The notes: generated by a model not told the origin, from the letters alone. A DNA stretch of 64,000 bases from Solirubrobacterales bacterium (GCA_020438395.1 JAGQUR010000012.1:10837-74836), one strand, 5' to 3'; shown: positions 27,363 through 36,760, counted from the stretch's first letter. Program-made: numbers and translations.

Positions 27363-29744
27363 CTAGTCCTCCTCGCGCTGGCTGTGCCCAACATCGGAGT
27401 CGAAACTTTCCTCTGGCAGGGTCGGCAGTCGTGCTCCCTTGAGCGCCAGCGCGTTGAGAGCGACGATGAAACTAGAACCCGACATAGATAGTGCCGCGAT
27501 CTCGGGCCGCAACTCGAGGCCGAGCGAGGGTACGAAGACCCCAGCTGCGATCGGCAATGCCACTGCGTTGTAGCCGACCGCCCAGCCGAGGTTCTGGTGC
27601 ATCTTCCGTAGAGTGGCTCGCCCGATCGTCAGCGCAGTCGGCACGTCAAGCGGGTCGGAGCGCATCAGGACGACATCGGCGGTTTCGATCGCAACATCCG
27701 TACCAGCACCAATCGCTATGCCAAGGTCGGCCTGCGCGAGCGCCGGCGCGTCGTTGACGCCGTCACCGACCATGGCGACTCTATGTCCGTCTACTTGTAG
27801 CGCCGCGATCTCGGCCGCCTTGTCCTTCGGCAAGACCTCGGCAACGACTTTGTCGATGCCGAGCTGTTCGGCGATGCGAGCCGCTGTCGCCTGGTTGTCG
27901 CCGGTCAGCATCACAACTTCAACGCCGGCCTCATGGAGAGCGTCGATCGCGGCCACCGACGTCTCCCGCGGGGCATCAGCGATCCCGAACAACCCGACTG
28001 CCTGACCATCCAGCGCGACGAGCACCGCGGTGCGACCGCCGTTGGCAAGTTCGTCTCGTTTGGCCGCCAGGGAGCCCAGCTCAACTCCGCGGCTTTCCAT
28101 CAGGCGCCGATTGCCGACCGCGACGGTGCGTCCATCGACTGTCGCGACGGCGCCGTGGCCGGGCACGTTCTCAAACCCGTTGGTTTCGAGGCGGGCAGCG
28201 GATTCAGAGTCTGCGTGTTGAACGATCGCCTGCGCTAGAGGATGTTCGGACGAGCGTTCAACCGCGGCGACGAGACTCAGCAGCTCGGCTTGTTCGATCC
28301 CGTCAACTATGACATCGGTTACTTCGGGTTCGCCCTTGGTCAGCGTCCCCGTCTTGTCAAGGACTACGATCTCGATACCGGCCGAAGACTCCAGCGCGAT
28401 CGCATTCTTGAAGAGGATCCCGCGCTTTGCTCCCAGACCACTTCCGACCATGATCGCGGTCGGCGTTGCCAGTCCGAGCGCGTCCGGGCACGTGATGACG
28501 ACGACAGTTATCGCGAACAGGATCGCAGTCGAGGTCGGCTCGGAGGAAAAGATGGCCCAAGCGGCGAAGGTCGCGGCGCCACCGATCAAAGCGACGAAGA
28601 CCAACCAGAAGGCTGCCCGGTCGGCGAGCTTTTGGCCGGGTGCCTTCGAGTTCTGCGCCTCCTGTACCAGCTTGACGATCTGCGCCAGAGCGGTATCGGC
28701 GCCTACCTTGGTCGCGCGAACCCGCAGGGTTCCATTGGCATTGATGGTGGCCCCGATCACCTCGGCCCCCGGATCCTTGTGCACGGGCAGGCTTTCGCCG
28801 GTCACCATCGACTCGTCGACTTCGCTCTCGCCCTCTTCGACGACTCCGTCGACGGCAATCTTCGCGCCGGGGCGGACCAGTAATAGATCGCCTGCCTGAA
28901 CCTCGCTGGTCGGAATCTCGACGGGCTCTCCGTCTCGGACGACGACGGCCTGGGAAGGAGCGAGGTCGAGCAGAGTACGGATCGCGTCATTGGCACCCCC
29001 TCTGGCCCTCATCTCGAACCAGTGGCCGAGCAGGACGAACGCGGCAAGCACGGTCGCTGCCTCGTAGAAGACTTCACCACCGCCGGTCAGGGTGACAACC
29101 AGCGAATAGGTCCAACCGGCACCAACCGCGACAGCCACGAGGACCATCATGTCGAGGGTCCTTGCCCGGAGCGCCCGCACCGCGCCAGTGAAGAAAATCG
29201 AGCACGAATAGAAGATCACCGGCAGGCTGAGGACAAGGGTGAATACGTCCTCGCGGAGCCCGAATGGCACCGCTGCCTCGAAGCCGAAGACGTCCCGTCC
29301 AATCGGGGACCACAGCAAGATCGGGATCGAGAAAAGCGCCGCCACCAGGAAGCGATTGCGCATGTCGGTGACCATGGCCGCCATCGACATCTCACCATGA
29401 CCACCGTGACCCATCACGTCGTGGGGGGTACCGCGCAGCTCCGATGCCTCGTGATCCGGCGAGTGTCCTGGCTCAAGCATCGGGTCGCAGACATGATCGG
29501 GAACCGATTGCCCAGCGCAGTGATAGCCACAGTCGGCTATCCACTGCGACAACTTCTCAACTGAGGTCAATTCCGGGTCGTAGATCACGGTTGCGGTCTG
29601 CGCGACCGGGTTCGCCTCGACCTCCACGACGCCTGGCCGACGGCCCAGGACCGCCTCCACCACGGATTTCTCCGATGCCCGCAGCATGCCATCCACCTCA
29701 AGGATTGCCGTGTGGGATTTGTCTGTCGACGCTACTTGACTCAA
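27363..29744 (-). CDS. Copper-type P1B ATPase with degenerate HMA domain and CPD transmembrane motif
   Basis: [28 protein letters not shown] (YN-x4-P) and MSGSS (MxxSS) are present. TM6 reads [12 protein letters not shown]. The N-terminal HMA-like fold reads [10 protein letters not shown] (no CxxC) and is followed by the His/Met-rich [14 protein letters not shown]. Confidence 0.85.
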   Translation of the reverse strand: MSQVASTDKSHTAILEVDGMLRASEKSVVEAVLGRRPGVVEVEANPVAQTATVIYDPELTSVEKLSQWIADCGYHCAGQSVPDHVCDPMLEPGHSPDHEASELRGTPHDVMGHGGHGEMSMAAMVTDMRNRFLVAALFSIPILLWSPIGRDVFGFEAAVPFGLREDVFTLVLSLPVIFYSCSIFFTGAVRALRARTLDMMVLVAVAVGAGWTYSLVVTLTGGGEVFYEAATVLAAFVLLGHWFEMRARGGANDAIRTLLDLAPSQAVVVRDGEPVEIPTSEVQAGDLLLVRPGAKIAVDGVVEEGESEVDESMVTGESLPVHKDPGAEVIGATINANGTLRVRATKVGADTALAQIVKLVQEAQNSKAPGQKLADRAAFWLVFVALIGGAATFAAWAIFSSEPTSTAILFAITVVVITCPDALGLATPTAIMVGSGLGAKRGILFKNAIALESSAGIEIVVLDKTGTLTKGEPEVTDVIVDGIEQAELLSLVAAVERSSEHPLAQAIVQHADSESAARLETNGFENVPGHGAVATVDGRTVAVGNRRLMESRGVELGSLAAKRDELANGGRTAVLVALDGQAVGLFGIADAPRETSVAAIDALHEAGVEVVMLTGDNQATAARIAEQLGIDKVVAEVLPKDKAAEIAALQVDGHRVAMVGDGVNDAPALAQADLGIAIGAGTDVAIETADVVLMRSDPLDVPTALTIGRATLRKMHQNLGWAVGYNAVALPIAAGVFVPSLGLELRPEIAALSMSGSSFIVALNALALKGARLPTLPEESFDSDVGHSQREED

Positions 29745-29789
29745 TCCAGTCCTGCTCCCTAGAGAAAGATGAGACTGACGCTGCCGTTA

Positions 29790-29804
29790 CCTACAGAGTG
29801 TAGG
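29790..29804. promoter_or_regulatory. Palindrome CCTACA-GAG-TGTAGG (BlaI/CopY-type operator candidate, site 1)
   Basis: A perfect 6-3-6 dyad lies in the copZ-copA intergenic region, 46 nt upstream of the ATPase start. Confidence 0.6.
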
Positions 29805-29848
29805 AGTCCGGAGGCGTCTCGTAAACAGTCCTCGCCATGGCCGGCGCC

Positions 29849-30115
29849 TCAGCCCTTGCCCTGGGCATCGGCGCAATGCCCACAGCACGATGTGGCGGCT
29901 GACTTCGCGTCGTAGCCGGCGTTGCGGACGGCCGCGATCACCGCGGCCTCATCGATGACGCTGCCCGTCACACGCATGCGTCCGGTCTCAGCGCTCACTT
30001 TAACTTCTTTCACGCCGGCCGTCGACAGGACTCCTTCCCGGATCGCAGCTTCGCAGTGGGAACAGCTCATGCCGTCGACTTCGTACTCGATGGACGTTGC
30101 CTCTGTGGAACTCAT
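29849..30115 (-). CDS. copZ: Heavy-metal-associated (HMA) copper chaperone with Cys-rich tail
   Basis: YEVDGMSCSHCEAAI (GMxCxxC) and the C-terminal SCCGHCADAQGKG are present. Confidence 0.85.
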   Translation of the reverse strand: MSSTEATSIEYEVDGMSCSHCEAAIREGVLSTAGVKEVKVSAETGRMRVTGSVIDEAAVIAAVRNAGYDAKSAATSCCGHCADAQGKG

Positions 30116-30171
30116 CTCTGTTTCCCTTCGCTCGGAGTCATGCGTCTAGATGCGGTCAACACGACGTTACC

Positions 30172-30188
30172 ATACCCCCCAGGGGTAT
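30172..30188. promoter_or_regulatory. GC-rich dyad ATACCCC-CCA-GGGGTAT (CsoR-type operator-like)
   Basis: A perfect 7-3-7 dyad lies 57 nt upstream of the copZ start. It resembles the TACCC..GGGTA pseudo-palindromes reported for CsoR operators. Confidence 0.5.
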
Positions 30189-30356
30189 ACAAAATTGGAA
30201 GGTGCGACCCCCTGACGCGGTAAACGGGGCCAACCTGCGCTGGAACCACCGACGGGAAACGCCAGCAAGCTGAGGAGGGAGCCCAGACCATCCGACTGAC
30301 TGCTCCTTCATGGGCCGCTGCGCGCAACCAACGGCGCAGAGAAGCCCGCACCTTGA

Positions 30357-31601
30357 CTACAGGTAGCCCATGGGATCTACGGCTACGCCGCTGGTGCGCA
30401 CCTCGAAATGCAAATGCGCACCGAAGCTGTGCCCGGTATTGCCGACATAGCCGATCACGTCGCCCTGGCGAACGCTGGCGCCCGATGAAGTAGCGAAACC
30501 CGACTGGTGCGCATAGCAGGTGGAGAGGCCGCCACCGTGGTCCACGCAGGTGTAGTTGCCGTACCCTCCGCTTTCCGCCTCGGATTGCATCAGGATCACG
30601 GTCCCCGACGCTGCCGCTCGTATCGGTGTGCCTTCGGGAGCGGCGATGTCTATCCCTTCGTGCATGCTGCCCCAGCGCGATCCAAAGGGCGAGGTGAAGG
30701 TTCCATCAACCGGCCAGATGAAGCCTGAGGTGCTCGGCGTTGGCATCGGACCCGCCGGTAGTTCGGTGCCGGTCGTTGCCCCGGCGACCTCCTGCTCGAT
30801 CTTCGCCCGGAGGTCGGAGGCAACTTCTTCGTACTTGTGGATACCGCTGCGCACGCTCTCCAGGGTCGTTTGACGTTCAGCGCGTGCTGAAACGAGGGCA
30901 CCTTCCCTTGTCTCTAGCGTCGTACGGGTCGCCTCGAGACGGCTCGCTTCCGCGGCGATCCGATCACGAGCGGACTCAATCGTTGCCTTCGCATCACGCC
31001 GAATAGTCACCAGTTCTTTCGATTCGTCGCGCAACGTACGCACCCGCTCGGCCAGCGCCTCATCACTCCTCTGAATCTCCGCTACATACTGGGACACAGC
31101 GACCATGTCACCATAGTCCTTCGCCGCCAAGATGATCGACGCTATGTCGGGCTCTCCCGACATGTAGATCGAAACCAGGCGGTCGCGGAGGTTGTTCAAC
31201 GCGCGCCGCAGCCGTCCTCGGAGAACTTTCAACTCGCCAACAGCGACTTTGAGCTGAGAAACGGCCTGATCGAGCTCTGCTTGCTTGGCCGCCAACTCTG
31301 CTTCGGCGGCGTCCTCCTGAGACCTCAAGTCAGCCACTTGGGATTCGAGTGCGGAGATCTCATTGCCCATCGACTCGATATCTCTGGTCAAGACCCCCTC
31401 CCGTTGGCGGGTGGTATCGATCTTCTCTTCGACCGCGTCCAGCTTCTCCTCGGCATTCTTTCCAAATGCGCTCCCAGCGAACGTACCGCTAATGACTAGA
31501 ACAGCAAGGGCTAGGGCGAGAAAACGCCCCGCCGGGGTGAGGGGCGGATTTTCGATGAGGGAGAGTTTCACGATAGGACGCTGCCGCAGAAGCACGCGCA
31601 A
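30357..31601 (-). CDS. M23 family metallopeptidase with N-terminal coiled coil
   Basis: A signal/TM segment, a long heptad-rich region and then HEGIDIAAPEGTPI...GNTGHSFGAHLHFEV are present. An alternative GTG start lies at 31571. Confidence 0.85.
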   Translation of the reverse strand: MRVLLRQRPIVKLSLIENPPLTPAGRFLALALAVLVISGTFAGSAFGKNAEEKLDAVEEKIDTTRQREGVLTRDIESMGNEISALESQVADLRSQEDAAEAELAAKQAELDQAVSQLKVAVGELKVLRGRLRRALNNLRDRLVSIYMSGEPDIASIILAAKDYGDMVAVSQYVAEIQRSDEALAERVRTLRDESKELVTIRRDAKATIESARDRIAAEASRLEATRTTLETREGALVSARAERQTTLESVRSGIHKYEEVASDLRAKIEQEVAGATTGTELPAGPMPTPSTSGFIWPVDGTFTSPFGSRWGSMHEGIDIAAPEGTPIRAAASGTVILMQSEAESGGYGNYTCVDHGGGLSTCYAHQSGFATSSGASVRQGDVIGYVGNTGHSFGAHLHFEVRTSGVAVDPMGYL

Positions 31602-31603
31602 CT

Positions 31604-31618
31604 CCTACAGACAGTAGT
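31604..31618. promoter_or_regulatory. CCTAC-AGACA-GTAGT dyad (operator candidate, site 2)
   Basis: A CTAC-N5-GTAG core lies in the divergent region between the M23 peptidase gene and the blaI-like gene. Confidence 0.5.
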
Positions 31619-31714
31619 AAAGAACGTGACGCCGCAAGCAATGCAATGCTCACGTGAAATCTCAGTTGCGAACCGGCCAGAATGCCAGCGCCAGACGCGA
31701 TGTAGACTTGTGCC

Positions 31715-32107
31715 GTGGTCCGACTACCTGTCGTTCAGCTCCAAGGCGAGCTGCAGCTCGAAGTGATGAAGACCCTCTGGCGGCTCGACGCTCAAGTCGG
31801 CGTCGAGGATGTAAGAAGCAAGCTTCCTGCCGACAAGCAGGGGGCCTACACCACGATCCAGACGATCCTCAATCGCCTTGCCGAGCGCGGCTTGGTAAAG
31901 CGGAAGCGCCACGGCAAGAATGTCTTCTATCGAGCCGCTGTGTCCGAGGCCGACTACTACTCGCGTTCTCTCAAAGAAGCGCTCGCCCCCGCGTCCGACC
32001 ACGCACGCCGAGCCGCACTCGCGCAGCTGGTAGGGGATCTGAACCCGGGCGAGCTGACCGAAATCGAGGAACTCGCGCGCGACGTTTCCGCACGGAGAGA
32101 TCGATGA
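31715..32107 (+). CDS. BlaI/MecI/CopY-family winged-helix repressor
   Basis: LQLEVMKTLWRLDAQVGVEDVRSKL....GAYTTIQTILNRLAERGLVKRKRHGKNVFYRA matches the Penicillinase_R-type fold. There is no C-terminal Cys cluster. The start is GTG. Confidence 0.75.
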   Translation: MVRLPVVQLQGELQLEVMKTLWRLDAQVGVEDVRSKLPADKQGAYTTIQTILNRLAERGLVKRKRHGKNVFYRAAVSEADYYSRSLKEALAPASDHARRAALAQLVGDLNPGELTEIEELARDVSARRDR

Positions 32108-33075
32108 CGGGCATGACCCTGGCCCTTGCTGTCGTCTTGGTCGCCGGGTCGGCTTTCTCTTACGCCCTCCCACGCACCAGCCTAGCCCCGATAACGGGGG
32201 CGGCCCTTTGGTTAGCGATCCTCTATCTGCGGGCCGTGCTCGTCTCGATCGCCGCCCTGACCATCGCCTTCTACGTGCCGACGACACCGCTCTTCGAAGT
32301 GCTGACTCGCTGGTGCGCACACGCGGCCCTCCCGTTCATCACGTCCCACCTTGGTCTCTCCGGACATGGGATCGGGGACGCAGCGATCATGCTCCCCGCG
32401 TTCGTCATCGCGATTTCCGCCGGTTGCGTAGTGCTCGCTGTCGCACGGACCACTCGGGCCATGCGTCGATGGCTCAAGCGCAGTTCGCTCGGAACCGGAC
32501 CGGACGAAAGCGTGATTGTCGGCGGCGAGGAAGTCGTTGTTGCCGCTGCAGGTATCCGCAGCCCCAAGATCATCGTCTCGACCGGGGCTCTAGCTCGGCT
32601 CGACGAAGACGAGTTGGCGGCCAGCATCGCGCACGAACGCGGCCACATCACCCGACGGCATCCGTTCATCGTCCTGGCGGCCAACCTCGCCTATGCCGTG
32701 GCCCGTCCCATGCCGGGAACCAAGGACGCGTTCCAGCGCCTCAGGTTCTGTCTGGAGCGCGACGCCGATGAATACGCCGTGGATCGCACCCGCGACCCGA
32801 TCGCTCTCGCCAGTGCGATCTGCAAGGCCGCGGTCGATTCGCCAACGCCCAATGTGGCTCTGGCGACGCTGGCCGGCTCGGGTGCCCCGGCCCGGCTCAG
32901 GCTGCTGCTCGATCGCCCTGCCACCCGCCCGAAGGCATGGGTGGAAATCGTCGGTCGTAGCCTCGTAGTAGTGACGGTCGCGAGCGTCCTGTTGGCTGTG
33001 GGAGCGACACCCACCCTCGCCAAGAACGGTCACGCGGCCCTACACGCGAGCCCTCCCGCCCACTCCTGCGACTAG
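32104..33075 (+). CDS. BlaR1-like M56 membrane metalloprotease lacking a sensor domain
   Basis: The start overlaps the blaI-like stop as ATGA. Multiple TM helices and the HExxH motif IAHERGHITRRHP are present. At 323 aa there is no PBP-type extracellular domain. Confidence 0.7.
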   Translation: MTGMTLALAVVLVAGSAFSYALPRTSLAPITGAALWLAILYLRAVLVSIAALTIAFYVPTTPLFEVLTRWCAHAALPFITSHLGLSGHGIGDAAIMLPAFVIAISAGCVVLAVARTTRAMRRWLKRSSLGTGPDESVIVGGEEVVVAAAGIRSPKIIVSTGALARLDEDELAASIAHERGHITRRHPFIVLAANLAYAVARPMPGTKDAFQRLRFCLERDADEYAVDRTRDPIALASAICKAAVDSPTPNVALATLAGSGAPARLRLLLDRPATRPKAWVEIVGRSLVVVTVASVLLAVGATPTLAKNGHAALHASPPAHSCD

Positions 33076-33133
33076 CGCTGTCACCAACGACTTCGCGCTC
33101 GTGATCGCGGGTTCCGTCATCCCGCGATCTAGT

Positions 33134-33150
33134 TACTACAGGTCGTAGTA
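33134..33150. promoter_or_regulatory. TACTAC-AGGTC-GTAGTA dyad (operator candidate, site 3)
   Basis: Perfect 6-bp arms lie 14 nt upstream of the ATG at 33164. Confidence 0.55.
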
Positions 33151-33163
33151 TAGGCTTGCGCCA

Positions 33164-33700
33164 ATGAGGACCGCTGAGGCAGCCAATATCGAACCCGACA
33201 TTGCCGCCAAGCCGTTTCGGGCCTTGCTCCTGAACCCGCGCTTCCTCGGGTGCGCAATTCTTGGATCGTTGGCCGCTTTGGTGCTGGTCGGCTTGCCAAC
33301 CGACATTCTGCCCAATCCCTGGTTCACTCGAATGACGCCAATCAGAGCTACCGACTATCTGTTCTGGGCCACGAGCGGCATCTTGACCGGCGCCCTGCTC
33401 GCAACCTATCTCCTCCCTGGCAGGCAGCGGAGCAGCGTCGCGACCACAAGCGCGGGGACCGGACTTCTGACCGTTTTTGCGGTCGGTTGCCCTATCTGCA
33501 ACAAGTTGGTGGTTGCCCTCCTGGGCGTTTCGGGCGCACTCACCTTCTTCGCCCCGATCCAGCCACTGCTTGGAGCCGTCGCATTGGGCACCTCATTCGT
33601 CGCACTCAGAATTCGCCTGCGTGGGGCCGGCAACGCCTGTGCGATCGCGAGCCGAGAGCCCACCCCACGCATTCCACCGAGGAAAAAGGACGCTACGTAG
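33164..33700 (+). CDS. Polytopic membrane protein with intramembrane CPxC motif
   Basis: Four hydrophobic segments are present, and FAVGCPICNKLVVALLG places a Cys pair in a TM helix. Confidence 0.6.
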   Translation: MRTAEAANIEPDIAAKPFRALLLNPRFLGCAILGSLAALVLVGLPTDILPNPWFTRMTPIRATDYLFWATSGILTGALLATYLLPGRQRSSVATTSAGTGLLTVFAVGCPICNKLVVALLGVSGALTFFAPIQPLLGAVALGTSFVALRIRLRGAGNACAIASREPTPRIPPRKKDAT

Positions 33701-33722
33701 CCCGCGTCAGCGGGACGACCCG

Positions 33723-34379
33723 ATGGCCGGCGACAGATACATCCCGGCACTCCGCTTCCGTGCCCTAACAAGCAGCTACGACCGCATAGTTCGGGTGACC
33801 ACCCGGGAGCGTCAATTCAAGGAGCGGCTCATCGAACGAGCCAGCCTGAGACACGGCGAGCGCGTGCTGGATCTAGGTTGCGGGACGGGGACGCTGGCAC
33901 TCGCCGCCAAACAAGCCCAACCGGATACCACCGTGGTCGGCGTGGACGCGGACCCCGCCATCCTCGACCTGGCTCGAAGCAAAGCTGAGCACAACAGCGC
34001 CGACGTCGATTTCGTAGAAGGCATCTCCACTGAACTACCCTTCGATGACGGCTCCTTCGACCTTGTGCTCTCAACACTCTTTTTTCACCACCTGGCACCC
34101 GATGCCAAGCGCGCGACAGCCGCCGAGCTGGCGCGAATCCTCCTTCCGTCCGGACGCCTACACGTAGCAGACTGGGGACCACCCCAGGATCACCTGATGG
34201 CCTTCCTTTTTCTAGGCATTCGGCTGCTCGACGGTTTCGAGCCGACTCGCGGCAGCGTCGACGGCGATCTGCCGAAGATCTTCTCCAATGCCGGATTTAC
34301 CGAGTACGCGCGTCGCGAACGACTACGCACCCCCTTCGGCAGCCTCGCTTTCTACTCGGGCTTTCGACAGCTCGGCTGA
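33723..34379 (+). CDS. Class I SAM-dependent methyltransferase (paralog of 60391-61047)
   Basis: VLDLGCGTGTLA (motif I), VVGVDADP, FDLVLSTLFFHHL and GRLHVADWG are present. ATG at 33723 lies within a longer ORF-track frame. Confidence 0.8.
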   Translation: MAGDRYIPALRFRALTSSYDRIVRVTTRERQFKERLIERASLRHGERVLDLGCGTGTLALAAKQAQPDTTVVGVDADPAILDLARSKAEHNSADVDFVEGISTELPFDDGSFDLVLSTLFFHHLAPDAKRATAAELARILLPSGRLHVADWGPPQDHLMAFLFLGIRLLDGFEPTRGSVDGDLPKIFSNAGFTEYARRERLRTPFGSLAFYSGFRQLG

Positions 34380-34426
34380 CCTGCGCTGAAGCACACCCGA
34401 CGACCCCGGACCTCAACACGGCTATA

Positions 34427-34439
34427 CTACAGTCTGTAG
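34427..34439. promoter_or_regulatory. CTACA-GTC-TGTAG dyad (operator candidate, site 4)
   Basis: A perfect 5-3-5 dyad lies in the intergenic region after the methyltransferase gene. Confidence 0.5.
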
Positions 34440-34510
34440 GAGAAGATTTCTGGGTGCTTGAGAATCCCGGCCAGGACCGCTCGACACCCACGGCTGAGGT
34501 GTCACCTCGA

Positions 34511-34529
34511 CTCCTACAGATTGTAGGAG
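34511..34529. promoter_or_regulatory. CTCCTACA-GAT-TGTAGGAG dyad (operator candidate, site 5)
   Basis: A perfect 8-3-8 dyad lies 30 nt upstream of the ATG at 34559. Confidence 0.6.
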
Positions 34530-34558
34530 TTGTGTTCTATACGGAGAAGATTGGAGCG

Positions 34559-34714
34559 ATGGAAAACCTCGTACGCAAGCGTCGCTCCCCCTCTCTCTCC
34601 CGGACCGGGGGCAAGTGGGTCAGCCACTCCCCAGCCACTGTCTACTATCCCGGATTGGCAATTGGCATCGTCCTGGCGGTCATCATCCTCCACCGACTCG
34701 GAGTACTTTTGTGA
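34559..34714 (+). CDS. Small membrane protein (51 aa)
   Basis: GGAG lies 3-6 nt upstream of the ATG. The product is MENLVRKRRSPSLSRTGGKWVSHSPATVYYPGLAIGIVLAVIILHRLGVLL. Its stop overlaps the next start as GTGA. Confidence 0.35.
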   Translation: MENLVRKRRSPSLSRTGGKWVSHSPATVYYPGLAIGIVLAVIILHRLGVLL

Positions 34715-35010
34715 AGTTTCGGCGCCGGCAACGAAACGAAGCGACACAGACAGCCCCTGAGCCTCTGGCTCGTAGATCCAAAGGGGGTTTAAGGGTCCAA
34801 CTCGAGTTGCTCGATGCCGGCGCTCAGACCGAACAGATCATCGCAACGATCAGAGAGAGCTATGAGGTCGTACGTCATGGAAGCACGGTCGAGGTTCTGG
34901 TTGAAGACGTGCGCTTCCCAGATGAAGCCGTGGTGCGGTTGGCTTTGATGCTTGACGATGCCCACCCCGATTGGCAACGACTCGTGTCCTGGCCAAGAAC
35001 GAAGCGATGA
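34711..35010 (+). CDS. Hypothetical protein (99 aa)
   Basis: The GTG start overlaps the preceding stop. No family was recognised. Confidence 0.35.
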   Translation: MKFRRRQRNEATQTAPEPLARRSKGGLRVQLELLDAGAQTEQIIATIRESYEVVRHGSTVEVLVEDVRFPDEAVVRLALMLDDAHPDWQRLVSWPRTKR

Positions 35011-35100
35011 ATCGAACCGCGCACCGGACCGTATTCGCCGGCTTCCCCTTCACAACAACAACTGGCGACTTGGACGTCTCTGGAAACGAAGGCGCTCACG

Positions 35101-35910
35101 ATGGAAGCGTCGCTACCTAGCCCGTCATCAAGCGGATTTTCCGTTGGCCCACTTGAAGTTCATGCCTACGGGCTGGCGTACGTCGCGGCTGTCATCGTCG
35201 CTACATTCATCACCGTGCGCCGCTGGGAAGCATCTGGCGGCTCCCGCGAAACGGTCTACGACGTCGTCATGTGGGGGTTCCCAGCAGGTCTGATCGGCGG
35301 CCGCCTCTATTTCATCGTCACCAGTTGGAGCGAAGTACCTCAGCATTGGTGGGGTCCGTTCGCTGTCTGGCAAGGCGGTCTCGGAATATGGGGTGGCATC
35401 GCCGCCGGTACCGCCGTTGGCATCTGGCGCCTTCGGCGTGCTGGCGTCCCAGTGGCGGCTTTTATGGATGCCGCTGCTCCAGCGCTACTGGTGGCCCAGT
35501 CGATCGGCAGGATGGGCAACTACTTCAATCAGGAACTGTTCGGCGGGCCAACGAGCTTGCCTTGGGGCATCGAGATCTCGCCCGAACATCGCCCAGAAGG
35601 CTACGCCACGGACGTCACGTTCCACCCGACGTTCCTGTACGAGATCATCTGGAATCTGTGTCTCGCTGCTTTCTTGGTCTGGCTCGGAGGCCACCGCCGC
35701 ATCCGGCCGCCAGGCCTTTTCGCCCTCTACGTCACTGGCTACTCGGCCTTCCGTGTCTTCGAGGAGCTACTGCGCATCGATCCGGCAAACCACATCTTCG
35801 GCCTGAGACTCAACTTCTTCGTTGCTGGCGTGCTCACGATCGTGGGTGCGACCTGGATCGCGCGCACCCAGGGATGGAGGCTGAACAGACGCATCCGCGA
35901 CGCGCCCTAG
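35101..35910 (+). CDS. lgt: Prolipoprotein diacylglyceryl transferase (island-borne copy)
   Basis: VHAYGLAYVAAVIV, GGRLYF, GGLGIWGG, SIGRMGNYFNQELFG and HPTFLYE are Lgt signature blocks. Confidence 0.85.
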   Translation: MEASLPSPSSSGFSVGPLEVHAYGLAYVAAVIVATFITVRRWEASGGSRETVYDVVMWGFPAGLIGGRLYFIVTSWSEVPQHWWGPFAVWQGGLGIWGGIAAGTAVGIWRLRRAGVPVAAFMDAAAPALLVAQSIGRMGNYFNQELFGGPTSLPWGIEISPEHRPEGYATDVTFHPTFLYEIIWNLCLAAFLVWLGGHRRIRPPGLFALYVTGYSAFRVFEELLRIDPANHIFGLRLNFFVAGVLTIVGATWIARTQGWRLNRRIRDAP

Positions 35911-36027
35911 CCTCGTTGCGCCGCCGTGATCGTACTTTTCTTCCCGACCGCTGTCCGCCAGCCTGTCAACGGCTGACGGACAGTGGCAGGGCCTTGGGCC
36001 TTGGGCCTCTGGCCCCCATAGGGGAAC

Positions 36028-36678
36028 CTAGTGGTCCATGTGGTCCATCGAGTTCATCTCGTCGGAATCCATTGAATCACCCATCATGGGTCCGCTCGGT
36101 GCGCCTCCCGACGGCGAAGGCGCTCCGTACCAATCCATGCGCCACCGATTCATCTGGGCGATCTCCTTCGCCTGCGCGTCGATGATTGCCTGCGCCAGAT
36201 CCTTGGTTTCTTGGTCCTGGCCCTCTTCTAGCTCCGCGTATGCCATCCGGATGGCTCCCTGATGGTGAGGGATCATCTGGTCGATGAACTCGCGGTCAAA
36301 CGGGTTGGCATTCTCGAGTTCGGACATATCCATATCCATGCCCATCATCGAATCGCTCATATCCATGCTGCCGTTGTCGGTGTTCGAGCTAGATTCGGTG
36401 GCCATACGATCGTGAATCGAATTCAGAGTCTCGATCTCCGCGCTCTGAGTTTCCACGATGTTGTTTGCCATCTGGATGATCTCGGGATGTTCGCCGTTCT
36501 CCTTTGCCAGTTCGGCCATCTTGATTGCCGCCTCGTGGTGCGGAACCATCTGCGCGGCGAACGCGACGTCGACCTCCTCTCCGGAAGTATCGGAATCGCC
36601 TGATCCGCTGATCAGTACGTAGGCACCAACGGCCACCAGGATCACGACGATCCCTGCTGCCAGAGTCTTCTTTGTCAT
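36028..36678 (-). CDS. DUF305-family Met/His-rich metal-binding protein
   Basis: Two FAAQMVPHHEAAIKMA / FIDQMIPHHQGAIRMA repeats are present. There is a Met/Asp-rich linker (MDMSDSMMGMDMDMS) and tail (MMGDSMDSDEMNSMDHMDH), plus an N-terminal TM anchor. Confidence 0.85.
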   Translation of the reverse strand: MTKKTLAAGIVVILVAVGAYVLISGSGDSDTSGEEVDVAFAAQMVPHHEAAIKMAELAKENGEHPEIIQMANNIVETQSAEIETLNSIHDRMATESSSNTDNGSMDMSDSMMGMDMDMSELENANPFDREFIDQMIPHHQGAIRMAYAELEEGQDQETKDLAQAIIDAQAKEIAQMNRWRMDWYGAPSPSGGAPSGPMMGDSMDSDEMNSMDHMDH

Positions 36679-36760
36679 TTCTTTCTCCTTGAATCGAGTT
36701 TGGGCGCGGCTCGTAGCGCGCCGATCGGATTCGCGAGCGTTTTGACTCGCGAGGTCGATC

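Noticed and set aside
30112-30351. 79-aa minus-strand ORF overlapping the copZ upstream region, considered as the missing CsoR.
   Set aside because: It has no CsoR-like helical pattern or C-H-C ligands. It spans the putative copZ promoter and operator, and its composition resembles a shadow ORF.
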